Source: Octopus vulgaris
Taxonomy: Eukaryota
Assembly (NCBI GenBank): GCA_951406725.2
Contig: OX597838.1
Location: 11,470,001 to 11,534,000, forward strand
DNA: 64,000 nt
Reading direction: 5' to 3'
Shown: piece after piece, positions 25,362 to 37,582 of the stretch
How positions within the stretch are numbered: the stretch's first letter is position 1
How the letters are laid out: each line of letters begins with the position of its first letter
Position numbers and translations under genes: made by a program
The notes under the pieces: model-generated
Told to the model about the DNA's origin: nothing
Databases searched by the model: none
Seen by the model: the letters and a program-made list of their open reading frames with translations, nothing else

Positions 25362-26664
25362 GACTAGACAATCAAGAAAGAGTGCTCTGTTGAGGTTTTG
25401 AGGGGGTTCAGGAAGAGATTTCATTGCAAAAGGTCAGAGCTCTTCCATTCAAGTCAGTGGCACCTGAACCAAGAACAATACACCTGTCCACACTTTCATC
25501 CTGGTAACCAACTACTTGACAGAGATCATCATCATCGTTTAACATCCATTCTCCATGCTAGCATGGGTTGGACGGTTCGTCCGGGGATCTGGGAAGCCAG
25601 GAGGCTGCACCAGGCTCCAGTCTTATCTGGCAATGTTTCTACAGTTGGATGCCCTTCCTAATGCCAACCACTCCGTGAGTGTAGTGGGTGCTTTTTACGT
25701 GCCACCGGCAGAGGTGCCAGGCGAGGCTGGCAATGGCCACGATCGGATTGGTGCATTTTTCGTGCCACCGGCACGGAAGCCAGTCATGGCCATGCTGGCA
25801 TCGGCCACGTTCGGATGGTGCTTTTTACATGCCACCGGCACAGGTTTCACAACTGCAGTTTCCATGAATATGAAAATTACCCTTCAGTCCAGACCTTGCT
25901 CCCAGTGACTTTTGGTTGTTCCACAAATTGAAGGAGATGAAGGAGATTGTGACAAGGGTGCTGGACACTTTCATTCTGAATGATGTCCATGGCTGGAGCG
26001 GAAGTGGATTGAAATCAGAGGATCCTCCTACTTTGAAGAAGATTAGAGCTTTGTAATTTTTTGAAATTAATAAATGTCTCTCCTGAAAAAAGTCTTAAAA
26101 CTTCTGGAATGTACCTTGTATCTATCCATCAATCTAAAACTTACACAGGGTAATAATAATGGACTGACTGAATCATTTGCAAAGTGTCTGTGCAGTTAGT
26201 CTTTCTTCTTTCCTATTTCAATAAAATTTCTATCACATGGTGGCATGTGTTAGCATGGCAACAGCTGGGCCAAAATTTAAAGCCCAAATACCTAGCCCAA
26301 CCGTTGAGCTCTGGTGACAGGTGACGTGACACACTGATTGGAATAGACTATCTCTCTCTATATAAACACCCTATATTACTGCCAACAAAATACACAACAC
26401 ACACACACACACATATACATTATACAATTATAAATAGCTCGTGTAAGAAATATCTTTCATTTAACTTATAAATAACCAAACAGTTATATTTACACATGTC
26501 AACATAGAATAGACAGAAACTTTATAACAATTCTCAAATACCATCATCTGTTTCAAAAAAATATAAAATATAAAACAAGAGAAAAAGGAGAAACCGAAAC
26601 AATCTCACGTCTAATCGACGTAATACAGTTTGTGTTTGTGTGTTTAGTGAAACATTGTGGGTGG

Positions 26665-27894
26665 TTATTCCAGGCCTAGAATCCAGTTGATCCCTTGTAC
26701 CAGAACTATAATCACCGGTTGCCAAACTACCAAATAACGAATCCAGTCCAAAAGGTTTCCGTACAATACGTGGGGACGCTCCCACGGACTGGGAAACATA
26801 CGCTTTAAATCCACTTTCTCTTTGCAGTAGGGGCAAGTCTGTTTTTTCCCGACAATACACCAGCCCCGGATACAGAACTCGTGAAAGGAGTGACCACAGG
26901 TTAACTTGCAGATCTTCTCGGCAGCAACCACCGGTCGAACGTTGTCCGGATCGTCGCTATCTGAGTCGATGTCGTTCCGATGTTCCAAATATCTGCTGTC
27001 GTCCGAGGATGTCCGATCGGAGCTCACCGACGTAGGATTGCCACAAACAGCGCAAAGCCGCCAGTCGTAGTCGCGGTTGGGAAGACCAGAAGGTGTATAG
27101 AAACCGATGTGTGCGGCCATGGTATCGGAGCACACCTCGGCAAAGTCCCGTCCGACAACTCCGAAATAAAGACCATAAAACAAGATCAGCATCGCAAAAT
27201 CCATGGCAGCTTGAAATCGGATGAGAAAGAGGAGGTTCAAGCCGAAGATGGTGAACATTATGATGAAGTATCCGATTAATCCCATGGTGTAACTTAGTTT
27301 ATAGAGAAAAAGAAACCACTTATAAACAAGGCGGGGAGTATTTCCGGACAACGGTTTCGCCGTGGCTTTCAGAGTGACAAAAGCTGTCACCACGGAGAAT
27401 ATGATCCAAACGATAACAAAACGGTACCAGTGGAATTTGATACTAAAAGCTAAGGGAATAAGCCACATTCCCAGGAGAGTCGCTCGTTTGAAAGATCGGA
27501 AGTGTCTCTCTTTCCATTGAACTAACAGAAACTGAGCAACGACGAGTGTTGCGAGTAGAATGAGTATCATTTCTAAGTGCATGGTTTCGTGTCCTCTGTG
27601 TTTCTCGTGGAGTCGTTGGTGTTCCTTGAGCCATCGTTGTTGATCGGCGGATAACCGGGACAGGTCCAGAGTAAGGTTGTAGTGTCTGTGTATGTGTCCG
27701 TGTCCTCCAGCGTGTTGGAAACGACGAGCTCGAATCGGATTCATGGCCATTGCGTTATTTCGGTTCCCGACGTCTACTATTATGTCCCGAGCGTGGAAGA
27801 GTTCCGTTGTCTTCGGTTGTTTCATAAGGACCTGGCTACCGGTTGAAGGTGATCCAAGCATTTGGTCGCCGGGATTACCAAGACGACCGGCCAT
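26665..27894 (-). CDS. RNF121: RING finger protein 121/175 family membrane E3 ligase, single coding exon, 409 aa
   Basis: HEKHRGHETMHLEM, TPRLVYKWF, FYGLYFGVVGRDFAE, RING-H2 CAVC...CGHSFHEFCIRGWCIVGKKQTCPYCKEKVDLKRMF..PWERPH.LYG.LLDW.RYLV.WQP and terminal LGLE. True start Met is uncertain. Confidence 0.95.
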   Translation of the reverse strand: MAGRLGNPGDQMLGSPSTGSQVLMKQPKTTELFHARDIIVDVGNRNNAMAMNPIRARRFQHAGGHGHIHRHYNLTLDLSRLSADQQRWLKEHQRLHEKHRGHETMHLEMILILLATLVVAQFLLVQWKERHFRSFKRATLLGMWLIPLAFSIKFHWYRFVIVWIIFSVVTAFVTLKATAKPLSGNTPRLVYKWFLFLYKLSYTMGLIGYFIIMFTIFGLNLLFLIRFQAAMDFAMLILFYGLYFGVVGRDFAEVCSDTMAAHIGFYTPSGLPNRDYDWRLCAVCGNPTSVSSDRTSSDDSRYLEHRNDIDSDSDDPDNVRPVVAAEKICKLTCGHSFHEFCIRGWCIVGKKQTCPYCKEKVDLKRMFPSPWERPHVLYGNLLDWIRYLVVWQPVIIVLVQGINWILGLE

Positions 27895-28102
27895 ACTGGA
27901 ATAGAGGCGAAACGTCAGTCGGTCTAGAGTTATTCCGCTTGATCCGCATACGAACCGCTTACGTCAATCTTCAGAAATCCCCGATCCCCCCCCACCACCA
28001 CCACCACTGCCAACATCATTTTATATTCTCTTACGACTTCAATCAATATCTTAAATGTTTCGAGATAGAAAAAAAATAAATAAAGCCAAAATAAAATTTA
28101 AT

Positions 28103-28730
28103 TTGTTGTGTCTGGGGAAGAGTCAATCTCTTTTAGTGCCTTATTATTTAACGCAATGGCCCAGTGGTTAAGGCAGCGGACTCGCGGACGTAGGATCGCG
28201 GTTTCGATTCCCAGACCGGGCGTTGTGAGTGTTTATTGAGCGAAAACACCTTAAAGCTCCACGAGGCTCTGGCAGGGATGGTGGTGATCCCTGCTGTACT
28301 CTTTCACCACAACTTTCTCTCACTCTTACTTCCTGTTTCTGTTGTACCTGTATTTCAAAGGGCCGGCCTTGTCACTCTCTGTGTCACGCTGAATATCCCC
28401 GAGAACTACGTTAAGGGTACACGTGTCTGTGGAGTGCTCAGCCACTTACACGTTAATTTCACGAGCAGGCTGTTCCGTTGATTCGGATCAACCAGAACCC
28501 TCATCGTCGTAACCGACGGAGTGCTTCCACATTTAACACACTCACCGGTAAAATTTCCACTTATTTCTTATTTTTATTTTCTAAAATTTTCTTGACTATT
28601 GACTATTGAAAAGGTTGCAAGACGCAACGAAAATTTTAGAAAATAAAAATAAGAAATTAGTGGAAATCTTACCGGTGAGTGTGTTAAATAATAAGGCACT
28701 AAAAGAGAATGACTCTCCCCAGACACAACA
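28103..28730. mobile_element. Long-TIR fold-back MITE interrupted by a SINE
   Basis: The left arm (28103-28151 plus 28531-28590) is the reverse complement of 28630-28730. The SINE at 28152-28530 is flanked by duplicated ATTTAAC. Confidence 0.8.
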
Positions 28731-29360
28731 GAATATGCTTCAACACATGAACTCATATAAAGAATCTTGCAAACCAAATCCCAAAACGAAATTTAATTTA
28801 AAATTCTGGAAATCATGAAGTAATTTCACTTTGTTTTAAATGTATGTTTAAAATCCATTTCATATAAAATTTCTAAAATTTGAAACGGAAACAGGGGAAG
28901 CCCATCGGAGTTGTTATTGTGTTGCACAAACACTCCCTCATCATCGCAACCGTAATATAAGTAAAGCTTCTGTTGTTATTTAGTTCGAGGTCAGCTTTAT
29001 ACTGCAGCCTTATGATCAGAAGCATCCTAGCTCTGGTCATCTGTTTAGAAAAATACGAAACATCGCCAAATAATTTATTTACTTAGTTTAAAAAATTATT
29101 TACTTTGCGTTTTATTTACTTTGCTCGAAAAATATTATTTAATTTTCTTTGATATGTATTCAACCTTGAAATACAAACATAGGCGCAAGTCGTTCTAGGA
29201 TCGACTACTTACGACTAGCTAGCGCGGATGTGCGAGTGCGCGCACCGGGACCACTGTTCGCTAGTGGTACCCACCCATACGAGTATATCAGCCAGCCGGT
29301 GGGGGCTTCCCCATCCCTGTCCTAGGTGACAGTTGTAACACTTCTGACATGTGTCTACAG

Positions 29361-29539
29361 CAGTGGTTTTCAACCAGGGTTCCGCAAGAAGTTACAAAAC
29401 TGCTAAAGTCGGCAGTAATTTTTAATTCTCCTGTGCAGATATTTGTGCATAAGACTATTAAATTATTGCACAGGGGTTCCTCGAGCCAGTGGAATGTTTC
29501 CTTGGGGTTCCGCTCCAGCAAAAAGTTTGAAAAGCACTG
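29361..29539. mobile_element. hAT MITE with 8-bp TSD, about 108 bp upstream of the PPIL2 ATG
   Basis: TIR CAGTGGTTTTCAA/TTGAAAAGCACTG; TSD GTCTACAG at 29353-29360 and 29540-29547; same family as 25157-25361. Confidence 0.92.
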
Positions 29540-29647
29540 GTCTACAGGACCAGGACCCACTTCGGAAAGGCATCAATAAGGGGACACAACTACTAAACAC
29601 GCGTTTTTTGACAAAGGAGATAAAGAAAGTCGTCGACTGCAACAAAC

Positions 29648-31828
29648 ATGGGGAAGAAACAGCATCAGAAAGATAAGCTGTGAGTTGAATTGTTCAGTTT
29701 TATTATTTCTGGCTCCCGTTTATCTATTCATTTTAAATATATTAACACGACAACGTTCACGTTTCATCATTTCAAGAGTTAAAAGTATTTTCTCATTAGT
29801 TCTTATTGTTTAATTTGGAATAATAACATCCCTAAATCCATTTCTCTGTTTCGGAACTTTCACAAATCCCACTTGGAAAATGACGATTATAAATGAGATT
29901 TCCTTCCACACATTCTGTAGACAGTCACAAGGGGTTTTCAGATTACTTCTATAACTGATAAAGTCCTCAGAGTAGGATTATTACTTCATATAAGGACCCT
30001 TTTTTTTTTAACAGGTTGGATCCTGTTGTTCCGTAGCATCGTTATTGGTTCGTTTCAAACTACGACAATTTTAGGGGCCAAATAATACAAGAGTGATTTA
30101 ATATTTACTTCCTTACCGGGTCACGAAAACAAAACAAAAATAAGTGCAACGGGTGTAAAAAAAAGCGCATGAAACGAATATGAAAACAAAAAATGTTCGC
30201 AAACCAACCAGGGGTAGGGAGAAGACTTTCAGAAAATTCACAAAATCCGATTTTTTCCCTCATAACTTTTAGAAAAATGGGTTTTGGTAAATTCTGGGAA
30301 GTACACAGACAGGTATAAAAAAATCCGAGTTTTTAAAAAATTTTTTATTGAAACTTGTGCAGGTGTACTTCGCAAAATTTACCAAAATCTTTTCCGAAGG
30401 GGTGAGGAGAGGACGGAAATTCACAAGGTCCGATTTTTTCCCTCATAACTTTGAGGCAAATGAATATCTTTTAATGAAATTAGATATAAATACCTTTCAA
30501 ACGACATATAGAGAGAAAGATGTTGACAAGGATTTTGAACAAACTGCTACATTACTCCAATTCTAATATCAGATGCATCTATTATCATTGATAGAGGAGC
30601 ATCTGGTAGCAGATGGGCCAGAGTTTAAGGAACAAAAATATTTGTAATGGCATCTACTTTTTGCTTTGGTAGACAAATTCCATCTTTATCAATATGTCCC
30701 AAAACTGTGATAGGAGAAATGCCCAAAAGATATTTACTGGGGTTAATTATGACACTGCTGTGACAGTCTAATAAAAAGTTCTAAATGCTGTTCATGCTGC
30801 TCTTCCATAGTTCTAGCAATTAACAAGTCATCGATATAGGGAAAGACAATGTCCAAACCATCAAGCTCTAGAAACTTGCCAGGCATAGAACCTAGTGGGG
30901 CCTTGGCAGGTTGGTGTAATGAGGAATAAGTTGGACATAAGAAGAATTGTATGTAGTGTGCAACAGAGGAGACTGGTTTGGTCATGTGATGTGGATGGAT
31001 GAGGACAGTTGCATAAAGAAGTGCCAATCACTTGAAGTGGAGGGAAGTTGTGGAAGAGGGAGACCCAGGAAGACATGGGATGAAGTTTTGAAGTCCAATC
31101 TCAAATTGCTGAACTTACAAAGATGACAGAAGATGGAGATATGTGGCACATTGCTGTACTTCAGAAGACCTGTCCACCACAACAGAGTTGAGATCCTAAA
31201 ACCTAGGTACCATGTAAAAAGTATTGGTATTAGTGCTGGTGCCACTTAAAAAGCACCTGTGATGGTACCACATGAAAAGCACTCTGTACACTCTCTGGAG
31301 TGGTTGGCATTAAGAAGGGAATCCAGCCATAGAAACCAAGCCAAAACAGACTCTGGAATCTGGTTTGGCCTCTGGCCCTACCAGTTCCTTTTAAGCCATC
31401 CAACCCATGTCAGCATGGAAAACAGATATTTGATGATGATGGCGATGACAGGAGCGGCTGAGACCCACTTTTTGTTTTATTCCTAGGCATAGTGCTTCCT
31501 GCAAATGTGTCCTTCCTCCTTTTTCAAGATGGTTGGGTGTGTTGTGAGTGATATTTGGCTGCTATTTGTAGCACATTGAATGACTGTATAGATGTTTCCT
31601 TGCTGTTTCACTAAATCATTATTCTTTGACCTTGGCAGAGGGTATACTGTACATATAACATACCCTCTCTCTATATATATTTTCATAGACACATTGTGTG
31701 CATTCTATCAACAGGTATCTTACTAACACTGAATGGAGGACTGAATTTGGAGGTTTCAAGGAGAAACAAAATGCTGATAAATTCCGTAGACTTCCTTTTA
31801 GCTGTTGCAGGTAAACTTTAATGTCTCC

Positions 31829-31877
<49 letters not shown>

Positions 31878-32750
31878 ATATATGTAAATGTAAAAAATAC
31901 AAACTGGGACAAGAACGTGAAACATTTAGAAGACGATACAAAAAACACGGCCGGGACATTCAAAGCCTTCAATCTTCAGTCAAGAACTGGATCATCTTCG
32001 CAATTTCGGCTGATTAATATATATATATATATATATAAGATACATTAGGGTATATAATACCACTTGCTAAAATCAGAGCCATTGCTCCAAAAACCATAAA
32101 AATTACGATAAAGATACACACGAGCAATGCAATGAACATATGAGAAATAGGCTTACCTTTGCTTTGAATACATCAGTAATTAATGTATATTTCAAAACCA
32201 ATTGATTTCATGCTTTGCTCTGCGAGCTTCAGTTGAAAATAACATTTTAAACATCTATTTCTAAAATATTCACTACGTTAGCTTGTGTGTGTTCCTTACT
32301 TTAAACGTCCCTCTCCGTTTAAAAGAAACTATCATAAACAAGAGAGATTTGAATAAAGATGTATAATTACTATTATTTATAGTATTGGGTTGGTGTTATA
32401 ATTATTGCGGCTTTTTTTCAACAAAAACTATAACAATATTTAACAAAATCATCTTTAAATGACAGTCTAACCGTCTGCCAAGCAAATGGGAAGCAGTAAT
32501 TGAAGTAGATGGTGAATATGCTCCGGAATAATCATCTAAAGATGTTTTTGTTAAATGAAATTTGTTGAAAAAAAAAAGCCACAATAATTATGCCCCAATC
32601 CAATAATAATAAGGTGGCTAGCAAGTCTACACCTTTACAGGTATAAACAATGAGTGCTTTATAGATATTTGACTGGATTTATTGATCCTTTTTACTTTTA
32701 CTTGTTATTGTGTGTGGGTGTGTGTTTATGTATGTATATGTGTATATATC

Positions 32751-32781
<31 letters not shown>

Positions 32782-34587
32782 CAATATAAGGGTAGCAAAA
32801 AATTCAAGAAAATATTTTTCGACACCAGCGGTCTAGTGAGAAAGAGAAATAGTCACAGACTATATATATATAAATTCAACAATATTAAGGAATGGCCCTG
32901 ATAGGCCATTCGACCCACTAGAAAGAGCAGCCAAACTCAAACTGCTAAATAGTTGTAATTCTGAAACCAAAGGAGAAATAAAAACATTTACCCTAATCAT
33001 CTTTGGACTATGCATAGTTTCGACACTTTGGTAAACCAATTTAATTAAATTAAATTAAATTTGTTTACATCTGGCCTGTCTCGTCAGGTTTACCAAAGTG
33101 TCGAAACTATGCATAGTCCAAAGATGATTAGGGTAAATGTTTTTATTTCTCCTTTGGTTTCAGAATTACAACTATTTAGCGGTTTGAGTTTGGCTGCTCT
33201 TTCTAGTGGGTCGAATGGCCTATCAGGACCATTCCTTAATATTGTTGAATTTATATATATATATATATATATATAGATAGATTCAGATGAATATGAGTCA
33301 TCTTTAACATTATTTCCGACCACCGGCCGAGTATACAGTATACATGTGGAGACAGCCAAAAGAGGCATTTGACCCAGACTGCCTTCTTCCAACTGTTAAA
33401 CTAGGAGAATAAAATAATATTGCAAAATTCCAGTTTCTTTTGGGTACCCCCTCACACACACACACACAACCATGTGTCTATCTGTCCGTTTATATATCTA
33501 ACTGTCTCCCTATCTGTTTGCCTGTTCCATCCTTTTTTTTTGTCTCATTCCAGCCTGTCATTACAACCTTTTGAACATCCTTACTGCACGAAGGACGGTA
33601 TTGTATATGACTTGATGTGAGTACTATTCTCTGCCTACTCTTATATAATATAGTTGCATATAATTTGAAAATACTTGTATTTGTCTTTATATGTATATAG
33701 GTATGTATGTATGTATACAATTGTGTGTGTCTTCGTGTTTATCTGTATATGTCTGTGCATGAATATCAGTGTATGCATGCATGTGTATAAAAGTTTGTAT
33801 GTATACATATATATTAAATCTCTCTCTATATATAAAGCTGAAGTTGTCTGTGTATGGCAGGTTTGGTAGCCTTCAACTAACACTATCTCCTCCTAGACCC
33901 TGCGAGGCAAGTTGACCAAAATTTAGAGTATGATAGAAGAAGGCTTGCTTTAAAAATTTAAATCGGACCATGTTAACACCAAAAATTATTTACATCAAAA
34001 AGGTGCTTTTTTTTCTATGAAAATCCCTATTTTTTACGATTTTTTGACTGCTGTGTCGGCATTTTTCGGTGTATTTCAACCAGAAAAATGTTCACTTAAA
34101 GAGAATAACAAGCTACATAATGCAAGATTTTTACTTTTCAAAACTTCCAATTCTAAAGGGTCGAAACAAACCCGAGCAACGCCAGGCGATACTGCTAGTG
34201 TCTATATAAAAATGTATTATCATGTGTATATTAGGGTATTTATGATTTTAATTTTTATATAGAACTCTGCATATACATACTCTTTGAGATTTTGTTTATG
34301 TTTCAGAGCCCATGTGCAAATGTATCACCCCTAGACTACATTTATTCATGAATTTCTCCAATATATTATAATTTACTGAGTGGTTGTATACTGTCAGCAT
34401 AACATGACAGTCCCGTAATGTTGATAGTATACAACCACTCCGTCGCCCAACCACCGCTCATGTCTCTCTGAGACATTTAGAAATTCAATATTTATAATTA
34501 TGATTTACTATTATTAATTTAATCAGGTATTCACTATTGCATATTAGTCCTTCAGTGATCCAGTTATTCATATGTATATATTTCTCT

Positions 34588-34635
<48 letters not shown>

Positions 34636-37535
34636 CTCTCCCTCTCTCACACACACACACCTGAGTGTGTGTATCTGACATTCTAAAGTTATTGCTTCTT
34701 CTGTCACATTGTTGATCTTAGTTTCCTCTATTTTTTTCCAACAATCAGAAACATTGTTCCATTCCTGAAGAAATATGGCAAAAATCCTGTCACAGGAGAG
34801 GTAAGTTACCCTTTAGTGTTCGCATTATTCTGCCAAAATTAATCCTTTTTTATCCACATTGCCTTGAACTAATCAGGCATTAATCTTGGTGCTATGAGAT
34901 TTTGATGAGGTAGCTGTTAATTTTCAAAAAGATATTGTAGGGCTGGTGTGAGAGACCAGATCTGGCCAGTTTGAGCATAAAACAGGCAGAATACTTTTGG
35001 CTGGATATAACCAGTTTAAATACTAAAGGGTTAAGATATGTCATTGCCGTAGAATTAATTCTGGAGGTGTCGGTGGTACTGATGGTGATGATTACTGTCA
35101 TACTTTAACCCCTTTGATACCAACCCGCCCAAGATCACCACTGCTTCTATGATGTGTGTGTATATGATAGAAGTGATCTCAGTAAAAATTTCCCATAAAA
35201 ATTCCTTGTTAATTTGTGTTCTAATTAGCAGCTTAGTAATGACCAACATATATCAAGTTCTTTATTGTTTTCCAAATTAATTGAAGCAAATGTAAAATGT
35301 AGTTCAACAGAAATATGGTAACAAAAGGATTAACTATAGCTGTGTGATATTAGTGGTGATTGTAGTTGTGGGATAGTAGTTTAGGCAGTGACCTGGCAGA
35401 AACGTTAGCCTACCGGGTGAAATGCTTAGCGGTATTTTGTCTGCCGTTACGTTCTGAGTTAAAATTCCGCTGAGGTCGACTTTGCCTTTCATCCTTTCAT
35501 TCAAGCACTGGGGGCAGTGTAATCGACTTGCCCCCTCCCCTGAAATTACAGGTCATGTGCCAAAATTTTAAACCAGTATTACCATCATCATCATCATCAT
35601 CATCACCACTACTATCACTATCACCATCATCACCATCATTAGTTATCATCATCAATTCATTATTTTTCTTTTTGCCTTGCAGAAAATGTCCATGAAGCAG
35701 ATGATTAAATTGAATTTCTTCAAAAACTCCAGTGGTAAGATATTTCTGTATTTTAGATAATGGGTGTGAGGCCCATGTACTGTAGTATTGTTCATATATC
35801 TGGGACAATGCTGCTATTGTACATAGAAACACCCCCCAGAACCCCATTAGAGAGCTGGTGACATCTGGATGCTGCTGGTACAAGTACCGTTCCGGAGTGG
35901 TTGATTGGCAGAGTTGTCAGGAGCGATACCTATGGTATTTGCTTTGGCCCTTTGTGTTCTGGGTTCTTCGGTGGGAGACTTAAATTTGTAACCTGGTTTA
36001 ACACTGCCATCTTCCTCTTGGATGCCTTTTTTAGAATTCACTCTGTTACAGCATTTGAATCAAGTTGCTGGTTTTAAAGTAACTTCAACCATCTTGAAAG
36101 CTCTGAAAAGAAAGATGAATCGGTTTTAAAAAAAAAGCAAACAAAGAAAGCACCCTAGATCCCTAATACTGTACTACCATTACATATACACAAGTAACCT
36201 GCATCCCCATTACCATACTACTCCCATATTTGGGACAATGTTTCTAAAAGAAATAGAAAATGAAAGGTCATTGAACTGATTTGACAAAGACCCTTTCCTT
36301 ACCATATTTTTTTTAAAATACACCTTATCTTTTCTTCACTTTGTTTGAAAAATAATGAAGAATATAGTAAACTAATTCTGTCGTTATTAAGTAGACCTTT
36401 ACAACATAGATTAACAATTACATTACTTTAGAAACAAGAAGTTTGTACCAGAGAACCAGAGGTGGTCTTTGGTGGGTTGGTATCAAAAGGCGAGCTGGCA
36501 GAAACGTTAGCACGTTGCGTGAAATGCGTAGCCATATTTCGTCTGCCGTTACGTTCTGAGTTCAAATTCTGCCGAGGTCGATTTTGCCTTTCATCTTTTC
36601 GGGGTCGATTAAATAAGTACCAATTATGTACTGGGGTCGATATAATCGACTTAATCCGTTTGTCTGTCCTTGTTTGTCCTCTCTGTGTTTAGCCCCTTGT
36701 GGGTAGTAAAGAAATAGGTATTTCGTCTGCCGTTACGTTCTGAGTTCAAATTCCGCCGAGGTCGATTTTGCCTTTCATCTTTTCGGGGTCGATTAAATAA
36801 GTACCAATTACGTACTGGGGTCGATATAATCGACTTAATCTGTTTGTCTTGTTTGTCCTCTCTGTGTTTAGCCCCTTGTGGGCAGTAAAGAAATAGGTAT
36901 CAAAATATTTAACTAACTCACTACAAACATACTGTTACAACTACTACCCTCCTCCCTCATTGTAACCTTTCTTTTTCATTTGTGCTACTACTGTATCACT
37001 TCCTGAACCTCTGGTAAACTGTCAAACACTATCCATCCTAAATCAGTTAATGCTGCCTGTCTATTCCTCTCTAAATATCCGTGTGATCTTTTACAGGAAA
37101 TTACCATTGCCCAGTTACATACAAAGTGTTCAATGAAAACACCCATATCCTGGCTGTTGCTACTAGTGGCAATGTGTATTCACATGAGGTGAAGTATTTC
37201 ATATTTCTTTACAGTATTTCCTTTCTGCATGTGTGTGGTTTTTGAGTTCATGTGTACATATGTTTCTACGATTAGATCTAATTAACTTTTGGATATATAC
37301 TTTTTTTTTATATGCATCTGTATTAACTTTCTTACTGGTAACGCCTTTCTCTATATATGTGCACAAATATAATTCTTTTCCCCTAATAAATTGCACTTCA
37401 TATTCGGGGCCCCAGTGATGCTATGAGGTGTTACTCAGGCATTCAACTATGAGTCCTCTACATCTTGTAGCAGAAACAGCTATAAGCAAATGAAGTTCAT
37501 AAGATAGATGTCTTTCCCTTTGTCATCTCGTGTGC

Positions 37536-37582
<47 letters not shown>

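Noticed and set aside
26980-27904. Plus-strand ORFs overlapping RNF121
   Set aside because: Antisense shadows of a GC-richer coding sequence with no recognisable motifs.
31935-31990. Hammerhead on the minus strand (CTGAAGA...)
   Set aside because: No convincing stem II, GAAA or stem I closure.
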